Positions 21,809 through 47,000 of a stretch of 64,000 nt of DNA are shown here, piece after piece. Source of the DNA: Tubulanus polymorphus (lineage: Eukaryota; Animalia; Nemertea); assembly GCF_964204645.1 (NCBI RefSeq), contig NC_134029.1:22314950-22378949 (forward strand), given 5' to 3'. Under the pieces are notes generated by a model that saw nothing but the letters and a program-made list of their open reading frames with translations, ran no database searches and was not told the DNA's origin. Position 1 is the stretch's first letter; each line of letters begins with the position of its first letter. The position numbers and the translations under genes were made by a program.

Positions 21809-24800
21809 TTAAGAATCGCCGTTGCATTGAAGTGATTTCTTAGACAGTTTCAGTTCCTCACTGGTAGTTTCTTCTTTATGCTGCTTAAGAACTTCAGATC
21901 CCTGAAATATCAAAACAAAGATATAGATATCTTTATTAACTAAAGCGCCTGAATTGTCACGCTTATTGTATAGAGTAAACCACTACATACCTGAGTGATG
22001 CCCCAGGCATCCGGTTTAGAACAACTCGGGCAATATGGACGGCCACTGGCTGGTCTTAGATTCTCCCAGTATTCGCGAGTCGCTCTACAAAGTATAATTA
22101 ATCGTTTGAATGAAACCTTAAAACAATTTAGTTTCATGGAATAGCAATCAATTCATGACTTATCCTTACCTAGCTCTAACCCATGGCTTTGTGTGCATCT
22201 TTAAGCCTCCGGCCCATTGGATATGTTTCTCTGAACCGGCGGGCAGTTTACCCCCTCGCTCGGCGCTCAGTTCCTCGGCTATAGCCCGGATGTGGTACGC
22301 CTCGAATCCGCAACAACCACCGATGAATCGTACACCCAATTCCCAAGCATCCCTCGCGTATTTATGCATGTCAAAACGTGTGCAGATTCGGGGTTCAAGA
22401 CCTACAACACAAAATAAAACCATTTCAAATACCTGTTAAGTGTAGATTCCACAAATACTTGGCGGGCATATTCACTTACCGAATGGAAATTCTGGTAGAT
22501 CAATGAATCCTTGCTTGTTAGTATCGGGAGTTTTAAATGCGAGTGGTTGGGCCATCAAATACGGTTTGAGACCTTCCTTATCGAGTGCGGCCTTCATTAA
22601 ACGCAATCCTTCCAATTCGACCTCGGGATCGAAATGACAGTTCAAACCGACAATATCGGCTTCTGTAAAACACAATTGTACAAGACGATGAATTAAAAGC
22701 TATCAGGAAAACCGTAGATAAACAGATTGGAAACTGCAAAGTTGATGTTCAATTGTCTTTGGTCTATTTTGTACAGTGGAACCTCATCACAATGAACTTC
22801 AGGGGACCAGAAAATCAGTTTTAGTTCGTTATATTGAGCATGAAGTTATCAATAACTGATAAATTGTTATATCTGAGTTCATTATAACGAGGTTGCGCTT
22901 TATGTAGTGTAGGCCTATGCTCTTTGATAAAGTCAATATCTGATGGTTATTCACACGGAAGGTTTTGTCTCCTTCGCAACAAGTAAAACCCGAATCCCGT
23001 CTCACCGAGAGATTTATATCATTAAACATTGCGTCTAACTATTAGGTCATTGACAATAGATGACAAAAGAATTAACTCACTGGCTCTAGCCATACGAACA
23101 GCACATTCTCCAACAGATACTCCATGTAAATCACCCTCCGGTCCGATACACATCGTAGCAGCGACCGGCATTTTCGATTCCAAACATACTTCTATCGCCC
23201 ACTCCATCTCTTCAACATGTTCGAAGTACTAAAAATTGTTGAAGAAGAATTCAAATTAAAATCATAAATCGGAAGAAACTGAGTTTAAACAGAAATATTT
23301 TTCTGATGATAGTTGAAATTTGAAGAATAAAATTTATCCACATATTCAAAGAATTATAAGAGCCTTACCTATTTAGATTATAATGGGTCAATCAACAAAT
23401 TACACATGTATTAACATGTAGGTCTATGTTTGTCCTATTAATACAACTTTGTGTATCGTAGATATTCATATTGATAACCCATTAAGTCTTATGATAAAGA
23501 GAAAATGTTAAGTTGTTTTGCGTTCAATAATCTCCTTCGAACTGGTTCTATCAAGAATTTCAAATACCCGGTAATAATATATCATCTTTGTTTACTGGAG
23601 GATCTCATTTAGAGGTTAGATATCTAATGACCTGAATCTAGTACACTACACAGTAAAATATGTCAACAATGAATGATAGCAGGATGTGGCATCTTGCCAA
23701 TTGAATTGTATGCAAACACCAGCTGCGCGATCATGCAAATGAAATACAGCGTGCCGCAGAATCAGATAGGCCTACATCACATGGCTTATATCAGTCAAAT
23801 AGGAAAAAATAGACCGACATTCAGCAGCTGGTTATCAATACAGTGGATGGAGCCTATTCAATTATCTATATTGGCTATAACAAACCTGGAATTTCTTCCC
23901 AAATAGAATTTTAAGCATCTCATATTGGATACAACACACAAACTATATTGGTTTAATAACGAACAGGGGCCAGAGGTACTCGGTTTCATGAAAAAGTTTA
24001 AGCTTAAATCAGTTAAGTTTGAATTGCTGTCCTCATTCAAAGTATGATGAAACCAATGGCAATTACACCAAAAATTGTAGGTAAACTTTTTCGTGAAACT
24101 GAACCCAGTTCCTCAAAATTTGGTTGAATAGATAAAATGGTAACAATGAAGTTTACATTGTCACTTTGCCACAGGTAAACTAAAACCAATTTCTGAGCAT
24201 CCGACACCTCAATTTTCGGGTCACCCAAAATTCGTTGTCTGCATGTCTGATATACTGGCATACAAAATTTTTAATTTTACTCACTTCCGCAATTAGGAAA
24301 TCAACGCCATTTTGAACAAAAACTTCGACTTGATGACGGAATTCTTTCTGTGTCGCTTCTTTGCCCAATCCGCTGAGATACGTAGGGGTTTGTGATAGAC
24401 CGCCAGCAACCAATGCATCGCCTTCAGCTGCAACGCTTTTGGCTAAATCACACGCCGCTTTGTTTATACTTCTTCCCTGAAAAATTCAAAACTCGTTTTA
24501 TAAAAAATGCAGATTTTGCAGATAATCTCGCAATAATGTGCAATAATAAATAAATAAATCCCTAGTACGGTAATTGCGTACAGAATATTTATCTTGGGCA
24601 ACATTGCCACGGTTTTGAAGTTTGTCATCGCTTGCGTAAAAAGTGAATGCTTGCATAACATCAGAACCTGCCCTCAAGAACTCCCTGTGAAGCTGACGAA
24701 CTGAAAATCAAGAAATCATGCATTGAGCATTCTGGAAATAACAAAGATTACCCAAACGACAGCACTAAGCAAATTCTGGCTGAACTCTTCAAGCCCATGA

Positions 24801-25155
24801 TCAATAAATTTAAAATGATATTTTTATTGATTAAGCATAACATCCATCCATACATAGAACTGTAGTAGGATCCATTGCTCTATCACAGGCACTACACAAA
24901 CTAACCTGCTTCAGGGTGTTCCACACAAGCCTCTGGGGTCCAAGGCCCTGCTTTTACATAACCTCTTTTTTCAAGGGCAAACACAAATCCACCATCACCA
25001 ATCACTGGGCCTTCAGCCAACCTTTCTAAAATCCCTTTCTGTGAAGAGAGGAGAGAGACAGAGATACATTGACATTTGGATTGCAGAGAACAAAATGGCC
25101 ATCATCCATCTAAACACTAAGCGTGAAGCAAGAATAAAGTACCTACCTTAGACAT
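21809..25155 (-). CDS. BHMT: Betaine--homocysteine S-methyltransferase
   Basis: Spliced minus-strand exons give MSK|[60 protein letters not shown], Zn ligands GLNCHFDP and [17 protein letters not shown], and a stop at 21809-21811. Confidence 0.95.
23976..24108. mobile_element. Second, inverted copy of the 11989-12123 MITE, inside a BHMT intron
   Basis: Reverse-complement similarity over the full length (ccaatggcaattacaccaaaaatt; aaactttttcgtgaaactg). Confidence 0.7.
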
Positions 25156-25853
25156 AGTTGGTGTCTTCTGATTTCCTCAACTTGAAATTCACAACAATGA
25201 TTTGATTGTAATGACCAGCTTCCTTCTTTTGAAAATCACCCAAACCAGCTCAGCATTTATACTACGAATTAGATCAGGTCAATATGCATTACTTATCATG
25301 TAGGTTGAATAGAATGCGTTGGATCAACACAAAAACACGATTAACAGCCTCAAATGAATAATTCTAAAACCTGAATAGTGATAAATATGGATTAGTTTAG
25401 AGAAAACATGCATCAATTCTATTAATCTATATGTCTATGAAGCATTTGTGAATTAAGAATGTTTGTTTACATCCAACCTGCCACCCCTTCAACATGAAAA
25501 TGCGTGGAACTACGACGTGTTATTGGTCTATTTCATTGATTGTGCGAACTCCCACTGAACTCCAAGTTGATGTTCAGTGCTTCTTTGTAAAATGTATCAC
25601 ACTAAACCAGTGCATTGAACTAGTTTTGAGTGCAATGAACTGACAATTTGAGCAATTCAATTTTTGAAAAGTCTGCTTTTAGATATATTGGAAATTTTGA
25701 TCAAGTATAGCAGAGCGTAACAGACAATTCGGCGGGGCGGCTTATGAATAACGGATCAGCTTGGAACGAACCACGTTTCAATTGTTGACAATTTAATCCG
25801 ACAGAATAATAAATACTAGAAAACCGGTTGGTAGTGGTAAAATATCAACAACA
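25156..25853. promoter_or_regulatory. Putative bidirectional promoter between BHMT and DMGDH
   Basis: 698 bp between the divergent ATGs, with a GC-box-like GGGGCGG near 25734. Confidence 0.55.
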
Positions 25854-31875
<6,022 letters not shown>

Positions 31876-32796
31876 AATATTCTAATATATTCTTAATGTG
31901 AAGGCAATATGATGTAATGTTACTTATAAGTATTCTATTAAATTCCTTCAATTTGCGCTGTGTATAAAATTACTTAATCAAATATTGGTCAAACCATCAT
32001 GCTCATGAAACTGTGGACATTTCTGCATCATGAGCGTTTGCATTTTTGTAAATAAAATTGCTCAAATTAACCTTTTAGTGATCATTATACTGTATATCTT
32101 AGGATCAATGAAGTGTGAACTCTGAATCAGTGTATTTTTACAGGTGAGGAGGAATATGACTTGTGTAAAAAAGTGTTATGCAAAATGTTTTGAGTGTTTA
32201 TCATTTTATAATAAAACTGCTAATATGATTGTTGAATTAGTTAATTCAGTACATTTTTAAGTGAATCTGGGTACTCGGGACGAATTTACTAAAATGTTGA
32301 AATTATGTCGAAAGCAAAGAATGAATTCATTTTCCTGGATAAAATTATTCAAAGTGAATGGCTTTTCCATGTGATCATGATAAAAAGACTTTGGCCTATT
32401 CAAAATATTCATGAATTAAAACTAGTTTGTAGACATTGAACCTACAAACCCTTCAACAAAACATATCCAAACTTGCTACCCAACAGCGGTAGAGTGAGTA
32501 ATTCATTCATTATTACCCCCACCAAACTTCAGTCGAAGTTTATAGTTGAATATATCTCAAATGATTTTTAACTTGTTTCGTAAGTGATAAAAATACAATC
32601 TTTAAAAAGCCTGCTGAGAGTAACAATAACAATGAAATGTTTATAAAATCAGTACGCTTATCGGTTTTACTATCATCCGACTACATGTACATATACAAGT
32701 GGGACAGCTCCTGAATAACGTAACAGCCTGGAACAAGTTATATTCAGCTTTAGAAAAAAATTGAACTAGAAAACTAACGATACTTTAGTAAAAACT

Positions 32797-37592
<4,796 letters not shown>

Positions 37593-38717
37593 GATATTTC
37601 CATTGAGACAATATGATGAGAAATAATGATTATTGGGACAGATGCATAAGTTTTAAGTAAAATACTTAGACATTAAGTAAAATGATTAAGTCACTATCAC
37701 TAGAAACTAGTGGAAACCTAACTGTCAAATACCTAGTCCATCATACTGCCTAGATTAATCTATCACCATACCAAGGATTTATGAACTTTTATGCTGAATG
37801 AAATTTGCATATCTATGAATTTACAATTATGATTGAAATGATGTACCAAGTCCATAAAGATATAATATATGTGATTATTGATTTGGATCCATGCTTTTAT
37901 TATGAAATATGCGCACAATTCAAATGCATAAGTCAAATTCTAGCATTTATAATAAAACTGTTAAAGCGATTGTCGAGTTTGTCTTTTATTCGAAGGGCAA
38001 AAAAAAGAAAAACCTACATCATTCATCAATCTAACAAACAAATTAGATAATTTACTATTTACACAATTTATATTTTTCCTTCATTCAAGACCACATATCT
38101 ACAGTTATATGATTGGTATAAAATACTGCAACAGTCCGTTATAGTAAAACTGCATAGCCTAGAGTTCTTTACAGTTCTCAAATAGCAGACTTCACTGCAG
38201 ATATATATGCACAAAATAGCGATTTCAATTCAATAATCTATCACAGATTGAAAGATAGCACCGATTATGTCTAATCCATTTCCGAAGACAACAAGTCACA
38301 TAATCAATGTACAGCACACAATCCAGAACCAGACTACGCTAGTATCCACATCCAAACTACTGAAATCAATTTTAAATCATTTTTAGAATGGTCCAAGCGC
38401 CTGAAACTATATATCTCAATGAGTTGATGATCTATTTGACCAAAGTCAGATGCAAGACGAAATACAACTTTACGTTTGACTTATACTTCACCAGACCCCT
38501 AGAAGGGATATAATGCTAAGGAAGAATAATATAATGCTTCGTTTAGTTCCTGGACTTTTAAGGTTAAATCATCTACATCTTAACTTGGTTTTGGTTATTG
38601 CAGTGGTAAAACGTTGAAATATAGGCGTTAAAAGTTGGGATGTTCGTGAAATTAGATCTATCTATATCTATAAAGCAAAGCTCTCCTCAATCCTTCTAAG
38701 ATCTAACCTACCACGGT

Positions 38718-39735
38718 TCAGTAGTCTCTTTCTTCGATGCAATTATTTACAAGCTGTTGTAGGTTTGGATTTTCCATAGCTGCAGCGATTCTTTCTTTAT
38801 CATTGATCTGCTTATTCACTGAAAACGAATAAAGATATTCAGTTACGACCTACAAAGGGACACGTTATTCTAGATCTTTTTTATACATGATCAATGAATG
38901 AATACGACTTTTTATCATCGGCGAATACCTTCATCTTCCGACGAATGGGTGCCTTTCTTAATCATGATATCCAATTTATGTTTAAACGACAAATTTTCTC
39001 TCAGTTTCACTCTCATACATAATCCTGAAAAAAAATTCCGCAATTTTGAGCTGAAATAAATTTTGCGCGATTATTTGAACCAATCGGAAAATGGACTCTC
39101 CGAGACAATTGAAGCCTTCAAAGGGTTCTGGTTTTTCATTTCTCTGAGGTAAATTGCTAACGGAATAAAAACCTGATACTTTTGATAACATTTTGTGATA
39201 GTGATTTCAATTTCAGTTTAATATCAGAATTCATTGATTGTTTTAATGCCATTTTAAATCGCGAACCATCTGGTGGCTTCCCGATACCTACTCAAAATTA
39301 CAATTCCCAGTTTGAACTCACCGATAAGCGTAGCGAGGGAACAGTGAGGAACTGTCGGAGTGAATTCGATGTGAACGAGATGAGTTTCTTTATTAAACTG
39401 GTCGACGCGAACGCCATTTTCGTACACTACCTCTAGTTCTTCGAGCGTTTCTGGTTTTTCAGGATCTTGAATCGTACGTATGAGATCTGCATGGAATACG
39501 TACATTCCGAAATGATATAGCATATCCGGTATTCATTATTCGCAAGTATTTCTGATTCTTAACATCTTTAACATTCAACAACGGGTAAAAACATGATTAA
39601 ACGATGAAGATTTTTACAAGGACACTGGAGTCTGGAAGGAGGGTTCACTTTGACTTTGTTTGCTTGTTTTTTTCCCAAATTCAATCGTTTTACTGACAAT
39701 TACTTACCGTAGACTTCTCCTTCTAAATCATTCAT
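38718..39735 (-). CDS. CIAO2A: Cytosolic iron-sulfur assembly component 2A (MIP18/FAM96A family)
   Basis: Four exons give MNDLEGEVY|[21 protein letters not shown]...[14 protein letters not shown]|GLCMRVKL...GTHSSEDE|[20 protein letters not shown]...DY*. Confidence 0.92.
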
Positions 39736-40083
39736 ATTAAAACTAGTCGGAACAGTTACGACTTGACGACATTAAGATTACAATTCTATCAGTTTAAGAA
39801 ACATTTTGACAGCGAATTCCTCAGCAGTGTGTCAAGCAGATGTTTAGGTAACACCGCGGCGTTACTTAGTACTACTATGCGCATAGATAGGGTGGCTCCT
39901 GCGATATTCTCATGATTCATTTAATTTCTGTGTCTATGTTTGTTTATATATTCAATTAAGTTTTTGCTTTGATTTCAGTGCAAAAAAGGACTGAGACAAC
40001 TGATTTTTTTTAAAATTTCGAATAAAAATTGGAGCTAGCTTTGTGACATAGGAATCCTCCGATAATATTAGGGATGCGATACA

Positions 40084-40108
40084 CCGCCATCTTGCTGCCA
40101 CCTAGGGC
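40084..40108. promoter_or_regulatory. YY1-like and CTCF-like motifs in the divergent CIAO2A / giant-ORF promoter region
   Basis: CCGCCATCTT is immediately followed by GCTGCCACCTAGGGC. Motif resemblance only. Confidence 0.35.
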
Positions 40109-41095
40109 TTTTCCGTGTATTTACTTACATTTTCTCAGCTTGCACTAAAAAGTATGGAATATCACGCGAGAGAACGAGTAATGTACTTCAACGAGAGAAT
40201 CAAACATCCAGAAATTTGAAAGATTAGAAAATCTAAAAGAACCATCGACGTGTGTAGACCGTTCCGAAACCCTTCTTTTTTTGTAAAAACGCAAGTCTTA
40301 AAACTGCTAACTAACACTGTCACTAATAAAGTAAAACGCTATCCAATCAATCCCATGACGGGGTTTGACCCAATTGACTTCAGAAATTAACTACACTGTA
40401 GGTCTGGGTCTTCATTTATGTGAATTTTGAATAGGTCTAGGCTTAAACCTCCAAGCAAATTCAAAGGATCTAGTGGTCCTAAACTGAGGAATCCTAGCCC
40501 TGCCCCTAGAGAGTTCGGTCCTGCCTTTTTAGCTTGAAATAGCACTCATTAATTTAACGGAGTTTCACAGTGACAGTGTGTATAGTTAGCTCCTGGCTAG
40601 TACAATTTGTCGACAATTCAAAGTCAAAGTCAGTGGAAACACTCATTATTAATCAAAATACGTTTTAAACACAGAATTATGAGGCTCAGACAGTAGGCCT
40701 ATAGGTTAACTAGTTTTATATAAGATAAAAGCTCTCAGGTTCAAGCTCATCAGCTCATTTACCCGATGAAGCTTCTATACACTAGTAGGCCTAGCAAAAG
40801 CTCGTATCTCAAATAATCTAGTTAACCTGTTAACTAGGCGTACTATCTGAGCTATACCGGTAACTGATTTAGTATCTGTCTATTTGTTTTACTGACTCGA
40901 CACCAGATTAACACAGCTCCTCTACAAGACATAATAGATAGAAAGAAATACATCATTTCATACAAGCGTTAAGTGTGTCATTAGAAGGGAGACACTACAA
41001 TAGGTGGAATTGGTTATGTTTTTATATTAGCTGTAGCCTAACAATAGTGTTTATCTATTTACAGGTTGAATTCCATTGAATATTGAAGATCAAAG

Positions 41096-44000
41096 ATGTA
41101 TCAACAACACGTCCATAATCAGCCGTCAAACCAGGCTGCTACAGTCGTGAATAGCCATCATCAAAACTATGGGATGGCGATTCAAAAACAGCCAAATGCT
41201 CAACAATCGCTGCATCGGTATAATACCAATCAACCTTCTATTCATCATTCTCAAATACATCAGATGCACCAGCAGAACCTAGCTCAGCAGTATACGTCTC
41301 AAAATGCACAGATTCCCAATCCAGTCCAACCGATGCAGATGCAACAAACGCCGGTAGGACAGTATCCAGCTTCGCATTTACAAAATACCTTCCGACAACA
41401 GCTTAATCAAAACTGCTACAGAAATCCGGCACCGACGCAGACTCCTGGTATGAACTATGTGAGCACCGGCTATAGGCCTACGCAGCCTAACTCAGTCCCA
41501 GTACATCAAGGAGGAGGCCTTAATCTTTATCAACCTAGATATTCGCATCAAACGCAGCATACCGGTAAGGAAGCGCCTATTACCGGTAATTATGGCGTGA
41601 TTACGTCGTCAGCCCAAGGAAGTCAGTTACATACACAGCAGATTCATCATAGGCCGACAACCTCAGCTGTTCAGCATTACTATCAATGTAATTCGGCAGT
41701 TGGTCAACAAACTGTTACTAACCGACAGTCGCAGGGTTCTACTCATAATACCGTATATGAGAAGAATATGTCGCGGCCGTTTAATGCGTGTAGTTCTCTG
41801 GATGATAATAATCAACAATGTGATTACAGACGATATTCCGAGAATAACTCGACACAACTTGGACATACTGTGACTGCACAGTTTGGACAGGTTGCTACAC
41901 CGAATGTAGCTGATTTTCCAAGTTGTAGACTCGCGTCTAGTGATACTAGTGGTTCGTTAGCGAATTCACAGGTTTATCAGACGATGAATCATCACCGCCG
42001 CCATAGTCGATCGAATTCTGGCGATGGTCTGAATCAAACCTGTGCGGCTTTACAACAACAATCCATCCAACGACGATTGTCCCAACACGAAATCGATCAA
42101 GGCAATTTTCCTCGGCGTAGGAGCTTGGAGCAGAACCTTGCGAATATGACGCAGCAGCAGCAGCATCAGCAGCCTACTGTTACACAAACTGTACCCGCAT
42201 ATACTCAAGAAATTGCTCCACAATCTAGGACTCATCTCTTAGTTCAAAATAGTGCAATTTCAGCGACTACAACGCAGCAGCAAAATATTGACCGGGACTC
42301 CGATCATAAAACGATGACGTCGATATTTAGTGATTATATACCGTTTAAAAATCCGTTCGTAAGGTATCTATGTCTGGAAGGTGAACAGACTATACCGAGC
42401 GATATAACGATGAAAGGTATCGAAGGACAAGTGATCCTCAATCAGGACACATATAAATGGTCCGCTAAGTTTTTGTGTCACCATAATTCGCGGCAGCGGG
42501 ATCTAAAAGACTATGAACGCGAAATGAAAAGAACTTGCATTCAGTGGAGATTGTTATGCCGTCAACAGCGTCAGCTGCGGGCTGATCTAACACAAAAAGA
42601 TATTTTACATCAAATCGCGCTAACAACGGATTTAACCCTGTATTTCTATATACTTTGGTTCAAATATCTAGAGCTATCTTGGGTCGAGAATTGCGACGTC
42701 AATCCAGACGCTATGGCTCCACTTCATCAAATATCTCTCACTGATAGTTCAAGCGCACCTTGTCACGAAAGTGTTGCATCCCCGGTACGGTCCTGTGATA
42801 TGGACAATTCTAGAAATTCAGTGCAACATGATTCATACCACCTTGAAAATAATGACTCTTTGAGTTGTTTACCGGAAACCGACACAATGACTCGTTTACT
42901 AGAAACCGACTCTTCGACTAATTTACCAGAAACTGACTCTTCGATTTGTTTACCCGAAACTGACCCATCTCCCGTTGAAGAAAATCCTCATCAATCTTCG
43001 ATTAGAGTTAAAATTGAACGCAATGTTGATTATTCAAATGATGACTGTTCAGACGTCGAGATTTTGCCAACCCCCGAACCTGTGGTTCACGCAATATCCG
43101 ACGTTGAAAAAGAAGAAAATTCCGATGAAGAAGAGTTTGTGTCGTTCGATGTTACAGCGCAGGTTCTGGAAAAGCGTGCGCATCGTAGCGGACGACTGCG
43201 ACTGAAACGTCGATCGGAAAAAAATTGCGAAACCATCGCACCTGAAACGACCTCCGGAAATGAAGCGCCGAGCAACCTCGAAGTATCAGGATCTACTCAC
43301 GATCTCGATGAGAATGTGGATCTATCAGTTGCGTTGAGAACTAGTGATCACTCTTCAAGTAACGACGATAACAATGAAAATGATATACATTTGATTTCTA
43401 CAGTTTCTCAGGAATATAGTGTTAACAATTCGTACTCCGTCGAAAATGAATGTGGATGCATTTCCATGTATATCGATTCTAGTTTTAAGGATTATCTGGA
43501 TACTCAGTTTTGCGCTCGACATCAAGAGGAATTTACTAAAATGTTGAATGATGGTGATATGAACGGTTTGGAAGTAGAACTGAATGAATTTATCAGTCTC
43601 GAAGAGGCTATGAAATTCATGACGACATCAAATAAAGAATCGACACTTGATCTTCAACAAAAACCAGGTATTGAATATGAATTTCTTAAAGGATTTTTGC
43701 TCTTGCCATTACAGTTCGAATAAGCCATTTATGAAATTCTATTTCAGAATCTGAATCACATGCAGAAACATTATCTGTACATTGTATTTTTGGTGACTTG
43801 GTTACATTTGATACGCTACTAGCTGATGAAAATGTTGAAGCAGAGAATCTATATGCATCATTAAAATCATCAACTACATCTCCGCTTGAGGAGCAGACAA
43901 CAGAAAATCAAGAGACAACAGAAGAGAACACATCAACTACACCTCCACTTGAGGAGCAGACAACAGAGAATCAAGAGACAACAGAAGAGAACACATCAAC

Positions 44001-47000
44001 TACATCTCCGCTTGAGGAGCAGACAACAGAGAATCAAGAGACAACAGAAGAGAACACATCAACTACATCTCCGCTTGAGGAGCAGACAACAGAGAATCAA
44101 GAGACAACAGAAGAGAACACATCAACTACACCTCCACTTGAGGAGCAGACAACAGAGAATCAAGAGACAACAGAAAACGACACATCAACTACATCTCCAC
44201 TTGAGCAGATAACAGAGAATCAAGAAACTACAGAAAACAACAGATCAACTACATCTGCACTTGAGCAGACAGCAGAGAATGAAAAATTAACCAAAGACAT
44301 CAGTAGCGTACCGTCTATTGAATATAACGATCAGATTGAAACAGATAAGAGTAACTCACAGTGCAATGATGTGGAAGGTCGTTCTAGTGAAGTGCAAAGT
44401 AAACTTATGGAAAGTAGTCAAGGTAACAATGACACAAATGTGCAATCGGGTATAATGTCAAATGTAGATACGGAAGAACCTTTGTTTACTTTATCTGAAA
44501 CTTTATCTGATAATGAGTTAAGTAACATAAAAATTAGTGCTGTTAGCAGTGGTGTAAATTTCGACGATATTGAGCGTGAAGCATTAGTGGATAATGCAAT
44601 CGCACGTACAGGTTGTGAAACTAGTAATGCCAATCTTATTGAAACCCCAATTATAGATAACATTTCAATATATGCACCTTCTGTTGAAGACATATCCCCT
44701 ATACCTACACCTTTATCTTGTGAACCAGTGTATGATGATATATCAGGTGAACATGAAAATCTAGTAATTTCTACACCAGCCCCAAGGATAATGTTACTGA
44801 GTCCATCAACGTTACCAGTAGATGATGATTCAATATCAACTGATACTGAAACTGCTGCTGAGATAGATGGTTCTGAGGTTGCTAATAAAGATAGCAATGA
44901 ATGTACTGATGATATAAAGAAATCGGATATTTCATTGAATGACTGCAAAGTAGAACCAGTCTCACCTTGCAAGCACAGCAATACATTGACATATGCGGAA
45001 ATCTCTTCGGATGAGGAGGAGGATTATCCTGTTATTATTAATGAATCCTCTAAACCGAGATATGAGAAAAGCATATCTACATTGGAAGAAGATATAGTAG
45101 ACGATTTGCCTGACATCGTAGCTCCACGGAGACGTAAAAAAGAAATTTTGGAAAAAGAAAAAAGTCCGAGTGATGTTTATCCTAGGAAAAGGCATAGGCA
45201 TAATTCATCAGAAATTATACCATTCGATATACATGCATTTGCTATTGATGAAAATTTATGCGAAATATTGCCTAAAGAAGATCGTGGTGATTCCGATCCC
45301 GGTAGTGTAAGTTCGAAAATCTATGATTCAACACAGGAATCTGATCATTTACCAGTGTGTACAGATGTTTTTAATACAAATGAAGGAGATATTGCCGAGA
45401 AAGATGATCAACTGCATGATTATGTTAATGAGACCTCTCAAGACGATTCTCAGAGTTGTGATCTACAAGAAGATAGTAATTTCAATGCTGGTACTGCAGT
45501 TTCTGAAGTCGATGCTTCAAAATCGCTGAAGTCTGATCATTTACCAGTGTGTCCAGATGTGTCTAATGGAAAACAAGAAGATACTGCTGAGCAAGATGGT
45601 AAACTGCATCTAAATGAGACATCTCATGACGACTCTTTTTGTGATCAACTGTCTAATCCTGATAATGATTTAATGGTTAATGATTCTGGAGAACATACTG
45701 CAGCTCAAAGTGCTGAACTTCGCAGTGGTGAAAAAAGTGCTAAACAACTCGATAACTGTGAGGAAAACCAAATACTAGAAAAATTTAATCATGATGAAAT
45801 GGGAGTGGATGAAAACCAGATTGAAGGAAACACACCTTCACCTGAAATTACAGAAGTGGTCCAAAATCCATCAAATTATGACCATCAGGAATTGCCAGCT
45901 CTGGAACCTCAAATTCAAGCTGACAACTTGATCGATGACTCAGCTGAAATAACATGCCAAAGAATAGCTTCATATGATGTGCACAGGAGAACTATCAATG
46001 CTCAACGAAAGTGTAAAAAAAGAAAAGCGAAATTGAATCCACAAACTAACAATGTACTTGATGTAACACAGCAATCAAACGATGATGTAGAATCCATTGA
46101 TTATGTCAGTACTTGTGATAAAACCAAAATGTGCAAGTCAGCAGTGGAGCAATACTCAGTCGGAGATCTAGAAAAAGGTGCAACTGAAACCCAGGATGAT
46201 AATCTATCAGAACAAAACATGATCGATAATGGTGGTACTTTTGATAAAATAAAACCTTGCAGCCAAACAGAACAAGTTCCATTTTCACAGAACAATGAGA
46301 ACCTGTGCCTGACTTCCAAAGATAAAACTGATAGTGAGCAATTGACAGAAGCAAGTACATTTTCAGTAAATGTAATAAAGCCAGCGAATGATGAAACAAA
46401 AGTAGGCGAAAAAAGTGGAAAATTAAGAACCAATAGTGGAAAGTGTAACGATGAATCCAATAAGTCAAGACATCTTAATGATAGATCAAAAAGGAATATA
46501 GCAAAATCAGGTGAAAATAAAACCACAAAGCTAAATGATGCAAAAGAGAATGAAAAACCTTTTTCATCCTGCCAGGAGTCTCAGAAAGATAGTAACCATG
46601 ATAAGAGGAAAAATGATTCCGAAAAGAAAGATTCTTTGAAAGCTGATTCGGAGTTCCATAGATCACCCAAAGCTCTGAATTCTAAGGTTCAAGAAGTTAA
46701 TTCACTAGAAGATGGTAAATCAAAGATTGATGTCGGTTCTTGTGATAAAACAATAACCACTGAACAAACAGAGCAAGTGACAGCTGGTGATGTAGAAAAT
46801 GGCACTGAGACACAGATAAATAATTCATCTTTATTTCCAAATTCTACTGATATTTTTGATCCACCTAAAATTGATACCAAATCAGGTGAAGAAGCTACCA
46901 ATTATGATTCAGTCGTAGCTGATAGTAAAACTGATAGATATAATACTGATTTAGTAGAAAGTAAAAGCTCATCTGTTTCATCGGAAATAGATTGGGAATT

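Noticed and set aside
43870-44280. CRISPR-like array
   Set aside because: Head-to-tail 63-bp units with no unique spacers, in frame inside a eukaryotic exon, and no cas genes.
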